From NCBI RefSeq assembly GCF_000745855.1, contig NZ_JQKD01000034.1, positions 1 through 64,000 of the forward strand: DNA of 64,000 nt, given 5' to 3'. The notes under the pieces are model-generated. The model did not search any database. It saw only the letters and a list, made by a program, of their open reading frames with translations, and was not told the DNA's origin. Shown one piece after another: positions 54,746 through 64,000 of this stretch (positions are counted from its first letter, which is position 1; each line of letters starts with the position of its first letter). Origin of the DNA: Xenophilus azovorans DSM 13620. Lineage in GTDB: Bacteria; Pseudomonadota; Gammaproteobacteria; Burkholderiales; Burkholderiaceae_C. The position numbers were made by a program, and so were the translations under genes.

Positions 54746-54949
54746 GAGGATCTCCTGTGAGTGAAGCGGATTGCTTCAACCCCAAGGTATCCAGCGTGCC
54801 TCTTGGCCGGCGTAGGCGCCGGGCTTGCGCCCCGTAGGATTTCAGGCGCCGTGCGTCGACCGTGACATGCTTGTGGACCGTGTTGCGCGCAGATGCTGGC
54901 GCGATGCTGTGGTGCCTGTGCGCGATGTTGTTGGGCGCATGTGCGGCAT

Positions 54950-55849
54950 TCAGCGCATCCTGACCTGTCCCACGAGACCGCCCCATGCCATGCTGCAGCG
55001 GATGGCAGACTCGGAACTGAACGGCGCAAACGCCAGCAGAACGGGCACGCTTGCCGCCAGCTTCAGCGGGCGCATCGTCCGCGGCAGCGACCGACCGAGT
55101 TCCTTGTGGATGAGCACACGCGAGACGCCCTCCCAATACGCCCGCCGCGTGGCCCAGCGCACAGTCAGCCGCTGCGCAGGAATGCAGTGCTCGACGCCGA
55201 AGCGATCGTCATAGCGCGTCTTCAGGCCCTGCTGTGCCAGCCGTTCGATCAGGAACGATTCCTCGCCGCTGATCAGCCGCTTGCCCACCCGGCCCAACGT
55301 CGAAGGAAAGCCGCCGACAGCCTGCAGCGCCGCTCGCCGCACGGCCAGATTGCCGCCGCAGATGTCGAAGCCCGGCACCGGTCCGGAGCCCTCGCGCTCG
55401 GTGCACGAGAGCAGCAGCATCCAGCGCCGGCCGACGCGCTCAGGACTGGCACCTGCAGGCCAGCGCGGCCGGATCAGGCCGCCGATCATCGCTACATCGT
55501 CGGGTGCAGCCTGCAGGCACTGCGCCAGCGCGGCAGCCCAATCCGGCAAGGCCCGGATGTCATCATCGATGTAGACCACCCATTGTCCCTGGGCATGCGC
55601 CGCAGCTGTATTCCGCGCGAGCGATATACCGGGTTCATCGCACCGAACCAGCAGAGCATCGAACTCGGTCGTGATGGCTCGCAGCGCGGCCGCGTGGCCG
55701 GGGCTGGACCCGCTGTCCACCACCAGGATGGCGAAACCGACGGCCTGCGCTTGCAATGCGATCGCGGCCAGGCATTGCCTGATGTCTTCCGATCGATCAT
55801 GGGTGCAGATGGCAATGGTGGCGAGTGGTGCGCCAGCGTATCCAATCAC
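54950..55849 (-). CDS. Glycosyltransferase family 2 protein
   Basis: 299 aa. GT-A N-terminus (ATIAICTHDRSEDIRQCLAAIALQ..ILVVDSGSS..YIDDD). GC content visibly lower than the flanking genes. Confidence 0.7.
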   Translation of the reverse strand: MIGYAGAPLATIAICTHDRSEDIRQCLAAIALQAQAVGFAILVVDSGSSPGHAAALRAITTEFDALLVRCDEPGISLARNTAAAHAQGQWVVYIDDDIRALPDWAAALAQCLQAAPDDVAMIGGLIRPRWPAGASPERVGRRWMLLLSCTEREGSGPVPGFDICGGNLAVRRAALQAVGGFPSTLGRVGKRLISGEESFLIERLAQQGLKTRYDDRFGVEHCIPAQRLTVRWATRRAYWEGVSRVLIHKELGRSLPRTMRPLKLAASVPVLLAFAPFSSESAIRCSMAWGGLVGQVRMR

Positions 55850-56075
55850 GGCAGGAGGCCTATCGGGAGACCAAGGGAGGCGTAGTGTGCGCGATCCCGA
55901 TAGCAGCGGGCAGGAGAATGAAGAAAAAAGATCTGCGAAGCAGGTCTCGATCGCACTTGCAGCGCTCAGCTGCCCCGAACCGGATGATCTGGCTCTTATT
56001 CCTGATGGAGCGCGTCCGGCCCCCGTTCCCCGAATCCTCTTGCATCCGCCGCTACATCAGCGAAAGCTGTCGCCA

Positions 56076-56107
56076 AAGACAAAGCCCCGCGCTACAGTGT
56101 TTGTAGC
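56076..56107 (-). terminator. Hairpin + U-run terminator downstream of the tRNA
   Basis: GCTACAgtgtTTGTAGC inverted repeat followed (on the minus strand) by GGGGCTTTGTCTTT. Confidence 0.5.
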
Positions 56108-56137
56108 AGCGGGGCCAGTAGCCGCAAGGGCTGTATG

Positions 56138-56214
56138 TGGTGGCGCTTCACGGACTCGAACCGCGGACCTGTGGATTATGATTCCATCGCTCTAACCGAC
56201 TGAGCTAAAGCGCC
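56138..56214 (-). tRNA. tRNA-Met (anticodon CAT; elongator-type, or possibly tRNA-Ile2)
   Basis: Reverse complement folds as GGCGCTT-TA-GCTC..GAGC-G-ATGGA-ATCATAA-TCCAC-AGGTC-CGCGG-TTCGAGT-CCGTG-AAGCGCC-ACCA. G1-C72 is paired, so not an initiator. Coordinates +/-1. Confidence 0.85.
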
Positions 56215-56349
56215 GAGCCCGAAATTATAGCCACAGTCGGACGAGCCCTGCCAAGGGCCCGCCGCAGCACCGTCTCTTCCCCGCCGGCTGCCTTTTCGCC
56301 AACCCCTCGCGCGGGCCTGCGCCGTACAAGAGGCGGTGACAATCCCCCG

Positions 56350-57015
56350 ATGCTCGCTCCCTCGCCCGTCGACGCGCAGCGCCACGCCATGGCCGACGAC
56401 CAGTTGATGCTGGCCTATGCCGGCGGCGATGCGGCGGCGTTCGAGGTGCTCTACGCACGCCACGAAGGCGCGCTGTTCCGCTTCGTGAAGCGCCTGCTGG
56501 GCGCGCGGCTGGCCTCGCAGGCCGACGAGGTGTTCCAGGACACGTGGCTGCGCATCGTCTCCGCGCGCAGTTCCTTCTCGCCGCAGGGCGCGAGCTGGCG
56601 CACCTGGGCCTTCACCATCGCGCACAACCTGGCGATGGACCGCCTGCGCGTCAGCGGCCGCGAGGTGGCGCTGGACACCGGCGGCCATCCCGACGACGAG
56701 GACATGCCGACGCTGCCTTCGCTGGAGCGCGGCATGCACGCCGCCGATGGCGCAGCCGATGCCTCGCATCCCTCGGCGGAGGAACTGGCTTTCTGGCGCG
56801 CCGCCGGCCGGCGCCTGCTGGCCTGCCTGGACGAACTGCCGCCCGAACAGCGCGCGGCCTTCCTGCTGCACCACGAGGACGGGTTGAGCGTGCAGGCCCT
56901 GGCCGCGCAGCTCGACCTGGGCTTCGAGACGGTCAAGAGCCGGCTGCGCTACGCGCTGCAGAAGCTGCGCGGCTGCATGGCGCGCTACCTGGCGGCGCTG
57001 GAGCAGCGGGCATGA
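56350..57015 (+). CDS. ECF subfamily RNA polymerase sigma-70 factor
   Basis: Sigma70_r2 (FEVLYARHEGALFRFVKRLL..DTWLRIV) and r4 (LPPEQRAAFLLHHEDGLSVQALAAQLDLGFETVKSRL). Start may be the internal Met at 56389. Confidence 0.8.
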   Translation: MLAPSPVDAQRHAMADDQLMLAYAGGDAAAFEVLYARHEGALFRFVKRLLGARLASQADEVFQDTWLRIVSARSSFSPQGASWRTWAFTIAHNLAMDRLRVSGREVALDTGGHPDDEDMPTLPSLERGMHAADGAADASHPSAEELAFWRAAGRRLLACLDELPPEQRAAFLLHHEDGLSVQALAAQLDLGFETVKSRLRYALQKLRGCMARYLAALEQRA

Positions 57016-58070
57016 GCGACACGTTCCGCGACGACGAAGACGGCAGCATGGCCCCCGACGCGCGCCTGCGCCGCATGCTCGACCATGCGCCCGACGCCGA
57101 CGCGGCGCCGCATCCGGCCACGCGCGAGGCGATCCTGAAGGCCGCTCGCAATGTCGCGGCGTCGTCTTCCCCCGTGGCCCCGGCCGCTGCGGCGCGAACG
57201 CCCTGGTGGCGCAGGCTGCGGCCGTCGGCCGGCGGCAGCCGCATGCCGTGGAACGCCGCTTTCGCAACGGTGCTGGTCGCGATGTTCGTCACGGTGATGT
57301 GGCAGGGTGAACCGGTGCCCGATGCACGGCTGGACGCGCCGGCCCCGGCGCCTGCGACGCCGCGCGTCGAAGTCGCTCCAGCACCCGCGCCGGCGATGCC
57401 CGCGACGCCGCCGCCGGCACCCGCGGCCGAGCCCGTCCCGCCACCTTCGGCGTCCCCCGATCGCGTCCGGCGCGAACGCGCTGCCGAATCCAAGGCGGCT
57501 GTGCAGGAGCGCCGCGAAATGCAGGAATCCGCCCGGCGCGCGCCTTCGGCCGACGCCGGCGCGCCTGCGGAAGAAGAGCATGCAGCGGCCGCCGACGCAT
57601 CGCGCGTCCAGCCGGCCGCGCCATCCGCTGCCGCTCCCCGCCCGGCACCGCCCGCGCCGGCGGCAGCGGCCGGCGCAGCCGCCCCGGGGCTTGCAGCCGC
57701 TCCGCAGATGCAGCGAAGGGCACAGGAGACAGCCGGCGTCCCGGCCGGCGCCTGGCGCGGCTGGACGCACCTGCGCATCGTGGCGCCGGACGGCCGCACG
57801 CGGCGGCTGACGCGGGCCGAGGCCGGCGAACTCGCCGGTCTGATCGAGGCGGCCGTGCCGTCCGGCCTGCCGGCGGCCGTGCCTGAGGATGGCAGCCGCT
57901 GGCAGATCGTCCTGGAGGCCGGTGGCGGCGCCCTCGCGGCGCTGGAGGTGGGAGGGAGGCAGGTGCGCTGGCGCGAAGGCGGCGCGGCCGCCACGGCGGC
58001 CGAGCCGCCGGCATCCGTGCTCGACGCCTTGCGCGCCGAGCTGGAGCGCCGCTTCGCCGCGGGCCCCTGA
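57012..58070 (+). CDS. Putative anti-sigma factor (Pro/Ala-rich, single TM) with C-terminal domain
   Basis: ATG overlaps the sigma gene stop. One TM (AAFATVLVAMFVTVMW) after a short N-terminal domain. Long PA-rich linker. Position is typical of an ECF anti-sigma. Confidence 0.5.
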   Translation: MSDTFRDDEDGSMAPDARLRRMLDHAPDADAAPHPATREAILKAARNVAASSSPVAPAAAARTPWWRRLRPSAGGSRMPWNAAFATVLVAMFVTVMWQGEPVPDARLDAPAPAPATPRVEVAPAPAPAMPATPPPAPAAEPVPPPSASPDRVRRERAAESKAAVQERREMQESARRAPSADAGAPAEEEHAAAADASRVQPAAPSAAAPRPAPPAPAAAAGAAAPGLAAAPQMQRRAQETAGVPAGAWRGWTHLRIVAPDGRTRRLTRAEAGELAGLIEAAVPSGLPAAVPEDGSRWQIVLEAGGGALAALEVGGRQVRWREGGAAATAAEPPASVLDALRAELERRFAAGP

Positions 58071-58094
58071 GCGGGCCGCGCCGGCGGGGCCGCG

Positions 58095-58874
58095 TCAGTG
58101 GTTCTTGAACTCCGCCTTGCGCTTGTTCATGAAGGCGTCCATGCCTTCCTTCTGGTCCTGCGTGGCGAAGAGGGCGTGGAACAGGCGCCGCTCGAACATC
58201 ACGCCGTCCGACAGCGTGCCCTCGAAGGCGCGGTTGACCGACTCCTTGGCCGCCATCACCGCGATCTGCGAGAAGTCTGCGATGGTGAGCGCGGCGCCCA
58301 GCGCCTCGTCCATCAGCTTGTCGTAGGGCACCACGCGGCTGACCAAGCCTGCTGCTTCAGCCTCGGCGGCATCCATCATGCGGCCCGTGAGGGCCATGTC
58401 CATCGCCTTGGCCTTGCCCACGGCGCGCGGCAGGCGCTGGGTGCCACCGGCGCCGGGGATCACGCCCAGCTTGATCTCCGGCTGGCCGAACCTCGCGTTG
58501 TCGGCGGCGATGATGAAGTCGCACATCATCGCCAGCTCGCAGCCGCCGCCCAGCGCGAAGCCGCTCACGGCGGCGATCACCGGCTTGCGGATGCTGCGGA
58601 TGGTCTCCCAGTTGCGGGTGATGTAGTCGCCCTTGTAGACGTCGGTGAAGCTGTACTTGGCCATCAGGCCGATGTCGGCGCCAGCGGCGAAGGCGCGCTC
58701 GCTGCCGGTGAGGATCATGCAGCCGATGGCCTCGTCGGCGTCGAAGGCCTTGAGCGCGGCGCCCAGCTCGGTCATCAGCGCGTCGTTCAGGGCGTTCAGC
58801 GCCTTGGGGCGGTTCAGGGTGATGACGCCGACCTTGCCGGCCTCGGTGCGCACCTCGATGTTCTCGTAGCTCAT
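58095..58874 (-). CDS. Enoyl-CoA hydratase (crotonase family)
   Basis: 259-aa C-terminal in-frame portion of the artefactual 1064-aa track ORF 58095..61289. [48 protein letters not shown]. Confidence 0.85.
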   Translation of the reverse strand: MSYENIEVRTEAGKVGVITLNRPKALNALNDALMTELGAALKAFDADEAIGCMILTGSERAFAAGADIGLMAKYSFTDVYKGDYITRNWETIRSIRKPVIAAVSGFALGGGCELAMMCDFIIAADNARFGQPEIKLGVIPGAGGTQRLPRAVGKAKAMDMALTGRMMDAAEAEAAGLVSRVVPYDKLMDEALGAALTIADFSQIAVMAAKESVNRAFEGTLSDGVMFERRLFHALFATQDQKEGMDAFMNKRKAEFKNH

Positions 58875-58997
58875 GCTGTCTCCGGGGAGGGAATGAAGGG
58901 GGAAGGATGGATCCTCGGGCCGGGTCACTATACCCAGCCCGGCAGCGCGTGTTTGGTGCTCTACTTGAGAATGGTTCGCAAATAGAATGCCGCCGAC

Positions 58998-59615
58998 ATG
59001 GAGCCGACGATGCAGGAACACACCGTGCTGCTGCGGGCCTACGCCCGGGTGCAGGAGCGCTGCTCGCGCCTGGTGGCCGAGCAGGCCGCGCGCATCGCCG
59101 AGCTGGAGTCGCAGTTGGTCCGGCTGCGCGGCGCGCTGGTGCAGCGCGATTCGGCCGTGGCCCTGGCGCGCGAGGAGGTGGCTGCGCGCGCCGCCGCCCG
59201 CGGCCTGACGCTGCCGCAGCGCGTGCTGGGCCTGCTGGCGCCCGGCCGCTGGCGCCGCGCCGTGCCGGCGGCGGCGTCCGTGGTGCCGTCGGACTTGCGC
59301 GAGAAGGCGGTGCTGTGCATCGGCCCCGAAGGCGAGGCGGCGGGGCTGGCGCGCCAACTGGTGGAGATCGCGGGCGGCCGCTTCCTGCAGCACGCGCCCG
59401 ACGTGCTGGAGCAGGCCGACGAAGCCGCCTTCGAGGCCAGCCTGCGCGAGGCCGACCTGGTGATCTGCCAGACCGGCTGCGTCAGCCACGGGAACTGGTG
59501 GCGCGTGCAGGATCACTGCCGCCGCACCGGCAAGCCGTGCGTGATGGTGGGCGCGGCCGAGCAGCCGGTGCAGTTCGTGCGCCGCGCGCAGGAGGGGGTG
59601 GCGCCGGGCCCCTAG
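58998..59615 (+). CDS. DUF2325-like protein with N-terminal coiled-coil
   Basis: 205 aa. C-terminal region ([29 protein letters not shown]) resembles DUF2325. Confidence 0.45.
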   Translation: MEPTMQEHTVLLRAYARVQERCSRLVAEQAARIAELESQLVRLRGALVQRDSAVALAREEVAARAAARGLTLPQRVLGLLAPGRWRRAVPAAASVVPSDLREKAVLCIGPEGEAAGLARQLVEIAGGRFLQHAPDVLEQADEAAFEASLREADLVICQTGCVSHGNWWRVQDHCRRTGKPCVMVGAAEQPVQFVRRAQEGVAPGP

Positions 59616-61429
59616 CCCAGCCAGCCGTGCAGCAGCGCCGCATCCCGCGGGGCCAGGCGCAGCGTGGTCTGCGCCGGCGGGATCGCCAGCGGCAGGCGCA
59701 GCAGGCGCCGGTCGCGGGCGACGAGGGCGGTGCACTTCTTCGCGTCGCCCAGGTACAGCGGCAGGTCGTCGAGCCGGCTGATGCGCCAGGCCTCGGCCGT
59801 GCGGCCGCCCCGGCCGGCGGGCAACTCGATGCCCAGCCATTCGTCGTTCGCCGAGAAGCCCGCCTTCTCGGCCGCGCCGCCGCGCAGCACGACCTTGACG
59901 GTCACGCTGCCGTTCTTCTCCTCCACCCGCAGGCCCAGCGCCTGCGCGCGCTGCGCCGGCTCGTCGAGCGCCGCCACGCCGTGCGCGGCCAGCAGCCCGG
60001 CCAGCGGCAGTTCGCCGGTGCCGTGCACCCAGCGGCGGAACTCGGGCGCGAAGCTGCGTCCGCCCACGGCCTCGAAGGCGGCGGCGATCTGCGCCTCGTC
60101 CACCGGGCCGCCGCCGCTGCGCTGCCACAGCAGGCGCATCACGTCGTCGAGCGTGGCGTGGCCCTCGCTGCGCAGCGTCAGGTCCAGGCACAGCGCCACC
60201 AGCGCGCCCTTGGTGTAGTAGCTCACCGTGGCGTTGGGCATCTGCTCGTCGGGCCGGTAGTACTTGATCCAGGCGTCGAAGCTGGCCTCGGCCACCGACT
60301 GCGCGTGGCGCCCCGGCGTCTGCAGCACCTGGTTGGCGGTGCGCGTGAGCAGCTTCAGGTAGGTGGCGTCGTCGAGCAGGCCGGCGCGGCGCAGCAGCAG
60401 GTCGTCGTAGTAGCTGGTGAAGCCCTCGAAGAACCACAGCAGCCGGGTGTAGTTCTCCTGGCCGTAGTCGTAGCGTGCGAACTCCGCCGGCCGCAGGCGC
60501 TTGACGTTCCAGGTGTGGAAGTACTCGTGGCTGATCAGGCCCAGCAGCGTGGTGTAGCCCTCCGCCTGCTTCGCCGCGCCACGCTGGGGCAGGTCGGTGC
60601 GGTTGCAGATCAGCGCCGTGCTGTGGCGGTGCTCCAGCCCGCCGTAGCTGTCGCCCACGGCGTTGAGCATGAAGACATAGCGGTCGTGCGGCGGCCGCGC
60701 GGCGGCGTCGCGGGCGCCGGCGCGGGCCTTGGCGCCGTGCCAGAAGCGCATCTGCGCCTCGCAGATGGTCTTCGTGTCGGCAATGAGCCGCTCGCCGTCG
60801 AAGCCGGCGGCGGCACCGGCCACGACGAAGCGGTGCGGCACGCCGAGCACGTCGAATTCCGCGCTCCAGAAGGGGCCCAGTTCCACCGGGCTGTCGGCGA
60901 TCTCGTCGTAGTCGTCGGCGCGGTAGACGCCGAAGCCCTGCCGGTCCACCTTGACCGGGCGCAGTGCGGTGGCGCATCGCCAGCGATCGGCGGTGCCGGC
61001 GGGTGCGTCGATCTGCAGCGTGCAGGGCGCATCGGCCTGGCCTTCCACGCGCAGGCACAGGCTGGTGCCGTTGAAGAAGCCGCGCTGCGCGTCGAGCCAG
61101 GCGGTGCGCACCGAGTGGTCGTAGGCGCAGACCCGGTAGCGCAGCACCAGCGGCTCGCCGGCGCGGCAGTCGATCTGCCAGGTGGCCTTGTCCTGCTGCA
61201 CCACCGGCACGCCGCGGCGGCCCTGCGTGGCCGTCAGGTCCGAGAGCTGGCGCGCGAACTCGCGCACCAGGTAGCTGCCGGGGATCCACACCGGCAGCGT
61301 CACGCGCTGCTGCGCGGCGGGCGCGTCGATCTGCAGCTCGACCTCGAACAGGTGCGCGTGCAGGTCGGCGCAGCGCACCCGGTAGCGCAGGGCGGGGCGG
61401 GCCGGCGCGGCGGCGGCGCGGCGGGCCAT
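59612..61429 (-). CDS. M61 family glycyl aminopeptidase with C-terminal PDZ domain
   Basis: 605 aa from the internal Met. HEYFHTWNV zinc motif. 1-nt (TGATG) overlap with the dsbC stop. Confidence 0.75.
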   Translation of the reverse strand: MARRAAAAPARPALRYRVRCADLHAHLFEVELQIDAPAAQQRVTLPVWIPGSYLVREFARQLSDLTATQGRRGVPVVQQDKATWQIDCRAGEPLVLRYRVCAYDHSVRTAWLDAQRGFFNGTSLCLRVEGQADAPCTLQIDAPAGTADRWRCATALRPVKVDRQGFGVYRADDYDEIADSPVELGPFWSAEFDVLGVPHRFVVAGAAAGFDGERLIADTKTICEAQMRFWHGAKARAGARDAAARPPHDRYVFMLNAVGDSYGGLEHRHSTALICNRTDLPQRGAAKQAEGYTTLLGLISHEYFHTWNVKRLRPAEFARYDYGQENYTRLLWFFEGFTSYYDDLLLRRAGLLDDATYLKLLTRTANQVLQTPGRHAQSVAEASFDAWIKYYRPDEQMPNATVSYYTKGALVALCLDLTLRSEGHATLDDVMRLLWQRSGGGPVDEAQIAAAFEAVGGRSFAPEFRRWVHGTGELPLAGLLAAHGVAALDEPAQRAQALGLRVEEKNGSVTVKVVLRGGAAEKAGFSANDEWLGIELPAGRGGRTAEAWRISRLDDLPLYLGDAKKCTALVARDRRLLRLPLAIPPAQTTLRLAPRDAALLHGWLG

Positions 61430-62142
61430 CAGCGGCTGGCCTGCTTCAGCATCGTCTCGACCTGGGCCGCGGGAATGGCGCCCGGCGTGCGCGAGCCGTC
61501 CTCGAAGATCAGCGTCGGCGTGCCGGTGATGTTGTACTTGCGGCCGAAGGCCACGTTGCGCTGCAGCGCGCCGACGTCGCACTCGGCGGTGGGCGGCCGG
61601 GTGCCGTCGATCATCCAGCTGGTCCAGGTCTTGGCCTTGTCCTTGGCGCACCAGATGTCGCGCGACTTGACGGCCGAGTCCGGCCCCAGCACCGGATAGA
61701 GGAACAGGTGCACCGTCACGTTGTCGACGTTGCGCAGCTCCTTCTCGAAATGCTTGCAGTAGCCGCAGTTCGGGTCCTCGAAGACGGCCAGCTTGCGCTT
61801 GCCGTTGCCGCGCACGATCTTGAAGGCGTCCTTCAGCGGGAGCTGGTCGAAGGCGACGGCGCTGAGCTTCTCGATGCGCTCCTCGGTGAGGTTCTTCCTC
61901 GCCTTGACGTCGATCAGGTGGCCCTGCATCACGTAGCTGCCCTGCTCGTCGGTGTAGTAGATGTCGAAGCCGGTGCGCACCTCCCACACGCCGGGCATGG
62001 GCGACTTGCGCACCTCGTCGATCTGGCCGAGCTGCGGGATCGCGCCCAGGTTCTTGCGGATCTCGGCCTCGCCGGCATGGGCGGCGGTGGCGGCGAGGAG
62101 AGCGGCGGCCAGCGCGGCGGCACGGCAGTTCGGAAGCTTCAT
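61429..62142 (-). CDS. dsbC: Thiol:disulfide interchange protein DsbC
   Basis: Signal peptide, dimerisation domain, thioredoxin fold with CGYC active site. Trimmed to MKLPNCRAA. Confidence 0.8.
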   Translation of the reverse strand: MKLPNCRAAALAAALLAATAAHAGEAEIRKNLGAIPQLGQIDEVRKSPMPGVWEVRTGFDIYYTDEQGSYVMQGHLIDVKARKNLTEERIEKLSAVAFDQLPLKDAFKIVRGNGKRKLAVFEDPNCGYCKHFEKELRNVDNVTVHLFLYPVLGPDSAVKSRDIWCAKDKAKTWTSWMIDGTRPPTAECDVGALQRNVAFGRKYNITGTPTLIFEDGSRTPGAIPAAQVETMLKQASR

Positions 62143-62179
62143 GGTGCGGGGTTCGTGTGCGCGGTGCGCCAAAGGTTCA

Positions 62180-63316
62180 TCAAGCCAGGCCCATCGCCTG
62201 GCGCGCGATCCAGTTCTTGATGAGACGGGTGCGGTCGAAGCCGCGCATGCCCCAGTTGCGCAGTTGCGGCAGCGGCTCGAGCGTGTGCGAGAAGAGCTGC
62301 TGCAGCCCGTCGGTGGCCAGGCCCATCGCCAGCACGTCGGCGCGGCGGGCGCGCTCGTAGCGGCGCAGCAGGCGCTCGTCGCCGACGCTGCGCCAGTAGT
62401 CGCGCGAGCGGATCACCTGCGCCAGCCCGGCGGCATCGGCCAGGCCCAGGTTCAGGCCCTGGCCGGCCAGCGGATGCACGGTGTGCGCGGCGTCGCCGGC
62501 CAGCGCCCAGGTGCCGCCGGGGCGGCCGTCGTCGCCGGCGGGGAAGCGGCCGATCCAGCGCTCGGCGGTGGCGCGCTGCAGCGGCCAGGCGGCGCGCTCG
62601 CTGGTGAGCGTGAAGGCGCCCAGCGCGCCGCCGCAGGCTTCGCGCACGCGCTCGCAGAAGGCATCGGCGTCCAGCGCCATCAGCTCGGGTGCGCGGAACT
62701 GGTCCACCGACCACACCAGCGCCAGGTGCCGGCTGCCCGGCCCGCCCAGCGGCAGCAGTGCCAGCACCTCGCCCTGGGCGTCGAACCACTGGCGCGCGGT
62801 GTCGTCGTGGGGCGTCTCGGCCTCCAGGCGCGCGGCGATGGCGTGCTGCGGGTAGCGCGTCACCTCGTGGTGCACGCCGAGCAGCTCGCGCGTGGCGCTG
62901 GCACGGCCCTCGCACACCACGGTCAGCGGCGCGGCGACGGGCGAGTCCACCACCTCCACCTGCGGCGCGAAGCGCACCGCATCGGCGAGCTGGCGCTCGA
63001 GCGCGGGCACGTCGACGATCCAGGCGAGCGCATCGACCGCATGGCGGCGCGCCTGGAAGTGCACGCGGCCGCCCCCGTCGCCGTGCACCAGCATCTCGCG
63101 CACCGGCGTGGCGTGGGCCGCGTCGGGCCAGGCGCGCAGGGATTCGAGCAGCGCCTTCGACGCGGCGTTGAGCGCGTAGGCGCGCACGTCCTTGCGGGCC
63201 GTGCCGCCGGCCGGCGCCACCAGCGCCACGCGCACGCGCTCGCGCGCCAGCAGCAGCGCCAGCGTGCGGCCGACGATGCCGGCGCCGCGGATGCAGACCT
63301 CGGGGGGAAGAGCCAT
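62180..63316 (-). CDS. FAD-dependent ubiquinone biosynthesis hydroxylase (UbiH/UbiF/VisC family)
   Basis: GAGIVGRTLALLL Rossmann fold. GDAAHTVHPLAGQGLNLGLADA motif. 378 aa. Confidence 0.8.
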   Translation of the reverse strand: MALPPEVCIRGAGIVGRTLALLLARERVRVALVAPAGGTARKDVRAYALNAASKALLESLRAWPDAAHATPVREMLVHGDGGGRVHFQARRHAVDALAWIVDVPALERQLADAVRFAPQVEVVDSPVAAPLTVVCEGRASATRELLGVHHEVTRYPQHAIAARLEAETPHDDTARQWFDAQGEVLALLPLGGPGSRHLALVWSVDQFRAPELMALDADAFCERVREACGGALGAFTLTSERAAWPLQRATAERWIGRFPAGDDGRPGGTWALAGDAAHTVHPLAGQGLNLGLADAAGLAQVIRSRDYWRSVGDERLLRRYERARRADVLAMGLATDGLQQLFSHTLEPLPQLRNWGMRGFDRTRLIKNWIARQAMGLA

Positions 63317-63390
63317 CGCGGCATTGTAGGGACGGGCTTCCTTGCGGGGAGGGGGAGGCCGCCCCCTGCTGCGGGAGAATGCGCAGCACC

Positions 63391-64000
63391 ATGACCGCTT
63401 CCCACGCCGCCGCCCCGGCCCTCGACGACAGCTTCGACGTCCGCGGCACCATCGCCCGCCTGTTCGTCTATCCCGTCAAGTCCTGCGCGGGCGTGGAGGT
63501 GCGCGAGGCGCTGCTCACCGAGACCGGCCTGGAGTTCGACCGCGCCTGGATGGTGGTGGACGAGCAGGGCGAGTTCGTCACCCAGCGCGAGCTGCCGCGC
63601 ATGGCGCTGATCCGCCCGCAGATGAAGCACGCGGAGATGGTGCTGCGCGCGCCCGGCATGCTGGCGCTGCACGTCGCCTACGACCGGGTGGAGGCGCCGG
63701 TGCAGGCGACAGTGTGGAAGGACACCGTCGCCGCCTACGACATGGGCGACGTGGCGGCGCAGTGGTTCAGCGACTTCCTGTCCGAGCCGGGGCGGCCGCG
63801 CCGCCTGCGCCTGGTGCGCTTCGATCCGGAGCACAGGCGCCTGTCGAGCCTGAAGTGGACCGGCGGCATCGAGTCCGAGGTGCAGTTCGCCGACGGCTAC
63901 GCGCTGCTGGTGGCGAGCGAGGCCGCGGTCGACGACCTCAATGCGCGGCTGGGCGCGGCGGGCCATGCGCCGGTCGGCATCGAGCGCTTCCGCCCCAACA
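63391..64000 (+). CDS. MOSC domain-containing protein (partial, runs off window end)
   Basis: ATG at 63391, open to the end of the window. MOSC N-terminal beta-barrel motif (IARLFVYPVKSCAGVEV..GLEFDRAWMVVDEQGEFVTQRELPRMALI). Confidence 0.6.
   Translation, partial: MTASHAAAPALDDSFDVRGTIARLFVYPVKSCAGVEVREALLTETGLEFDRAWMVVDEQGEFVTQRELPRMALIRPQMKHAEMVLRAPGMLALHVAYDRVEAPVQATVWKDTVAAYDMGDVAAQWFSDFLSEPGRPRRLRLVRFDPEHRRLSSLKWTGGIESEVQFADGYALLVASEAAVDDLNARLGAAGHAPVGIERFRPN

Overview
This 64 kb window looks like high-GC (about 70 %) betaproteobacterial (Burkholderiales-like) chromosome. It is densely coding, and I found no transposase, integrase or IS element.

Contents from left to right:
- 1-7.9 kb: a complete type I-C CRISPR-Cas operon on the minus strand, in the order cas3-cas5c-cas8c-cas7c-cas4-cas1-cas2. 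Bases 1-161 look like a leader, and the CRISPR array itself appears to lie beyond the window start.
- 7.9-11.2 kb: an Lrp-regulated lysine catabolism module, made of a saccharopine-dehydrogenase-family lysine dehydrogenase plus an ALDH7-type piperideine-6-carboxylate dehydrogenase.
- 11.25-21.4 kb: a tightly packed six-gene minus-strand operon that I consider the most interesting content. It encodes a YjfI-like DUF2170 protein, a PspA/IM30 (YjfJ-like, ESCRT-III superfamily) protein, a small tandem ribbon-helix-helix protein, an NfeD/YqiJ-like membrane protein, a 712-aa flotillin (YqiK-like SPFH protein), and a 1854-aa protein with a long coiled-coil region and a single MoxR-like AAA+ ATPase domain. 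It is driven from a promoter carrying a striking array of TGTCA/TGACA half-sites. I interpret it as a candidate undescribed membrane-remodelling, membrane-repair or envelope-defence system.
- 21.5-64 kb: housekeeping genes.
  - An SAH riboswitch precedes ahcY-tlyA-metF-rlpA.
  - Single genes in order: rlmJ, rplM-rpsI, erpA, an MFS transporter, anmK, an M23 peptidase, tyrS, OmpA/FecR-like proteins, a CDF transporter, dtd, TauE, ybeY, phoH, then (after the lipid island below) a second CDF transporter and lpxH.
  - ruvA and ruvB are separated by a seven-gene translationally coupled phospholipid-metabolism operon (CDP-alcohol phosphatidyltransferase, alpha/beta-hydrolase-methyltransferase fusion, PAP2-dual-specificity-phosphatase fusion, a membrane protein, a PlsC-family acyltransferase, cdsA, a small DUF).
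  - tctDE-tctBA is present without a tctC gene.
  - An HU protein with an Ala/Lys-rich tail sits next to a lower-GC islet (GT2 glycosyltransferase plus hypotheticals) abutting a tRNA-Met(CAT).
  - The window ends with an ECF sigma/anti-sigma pair, an enoyl-CoA hydratase, a DUF2325 protein, an M61 peptidase, dsbC, a UbiH-family monooxygenase and a partial MOSC-domain gene.

Many long ORFs in the six-frame track are antisense or alternative-frame artefacts of the high GC content, and I rejected them.
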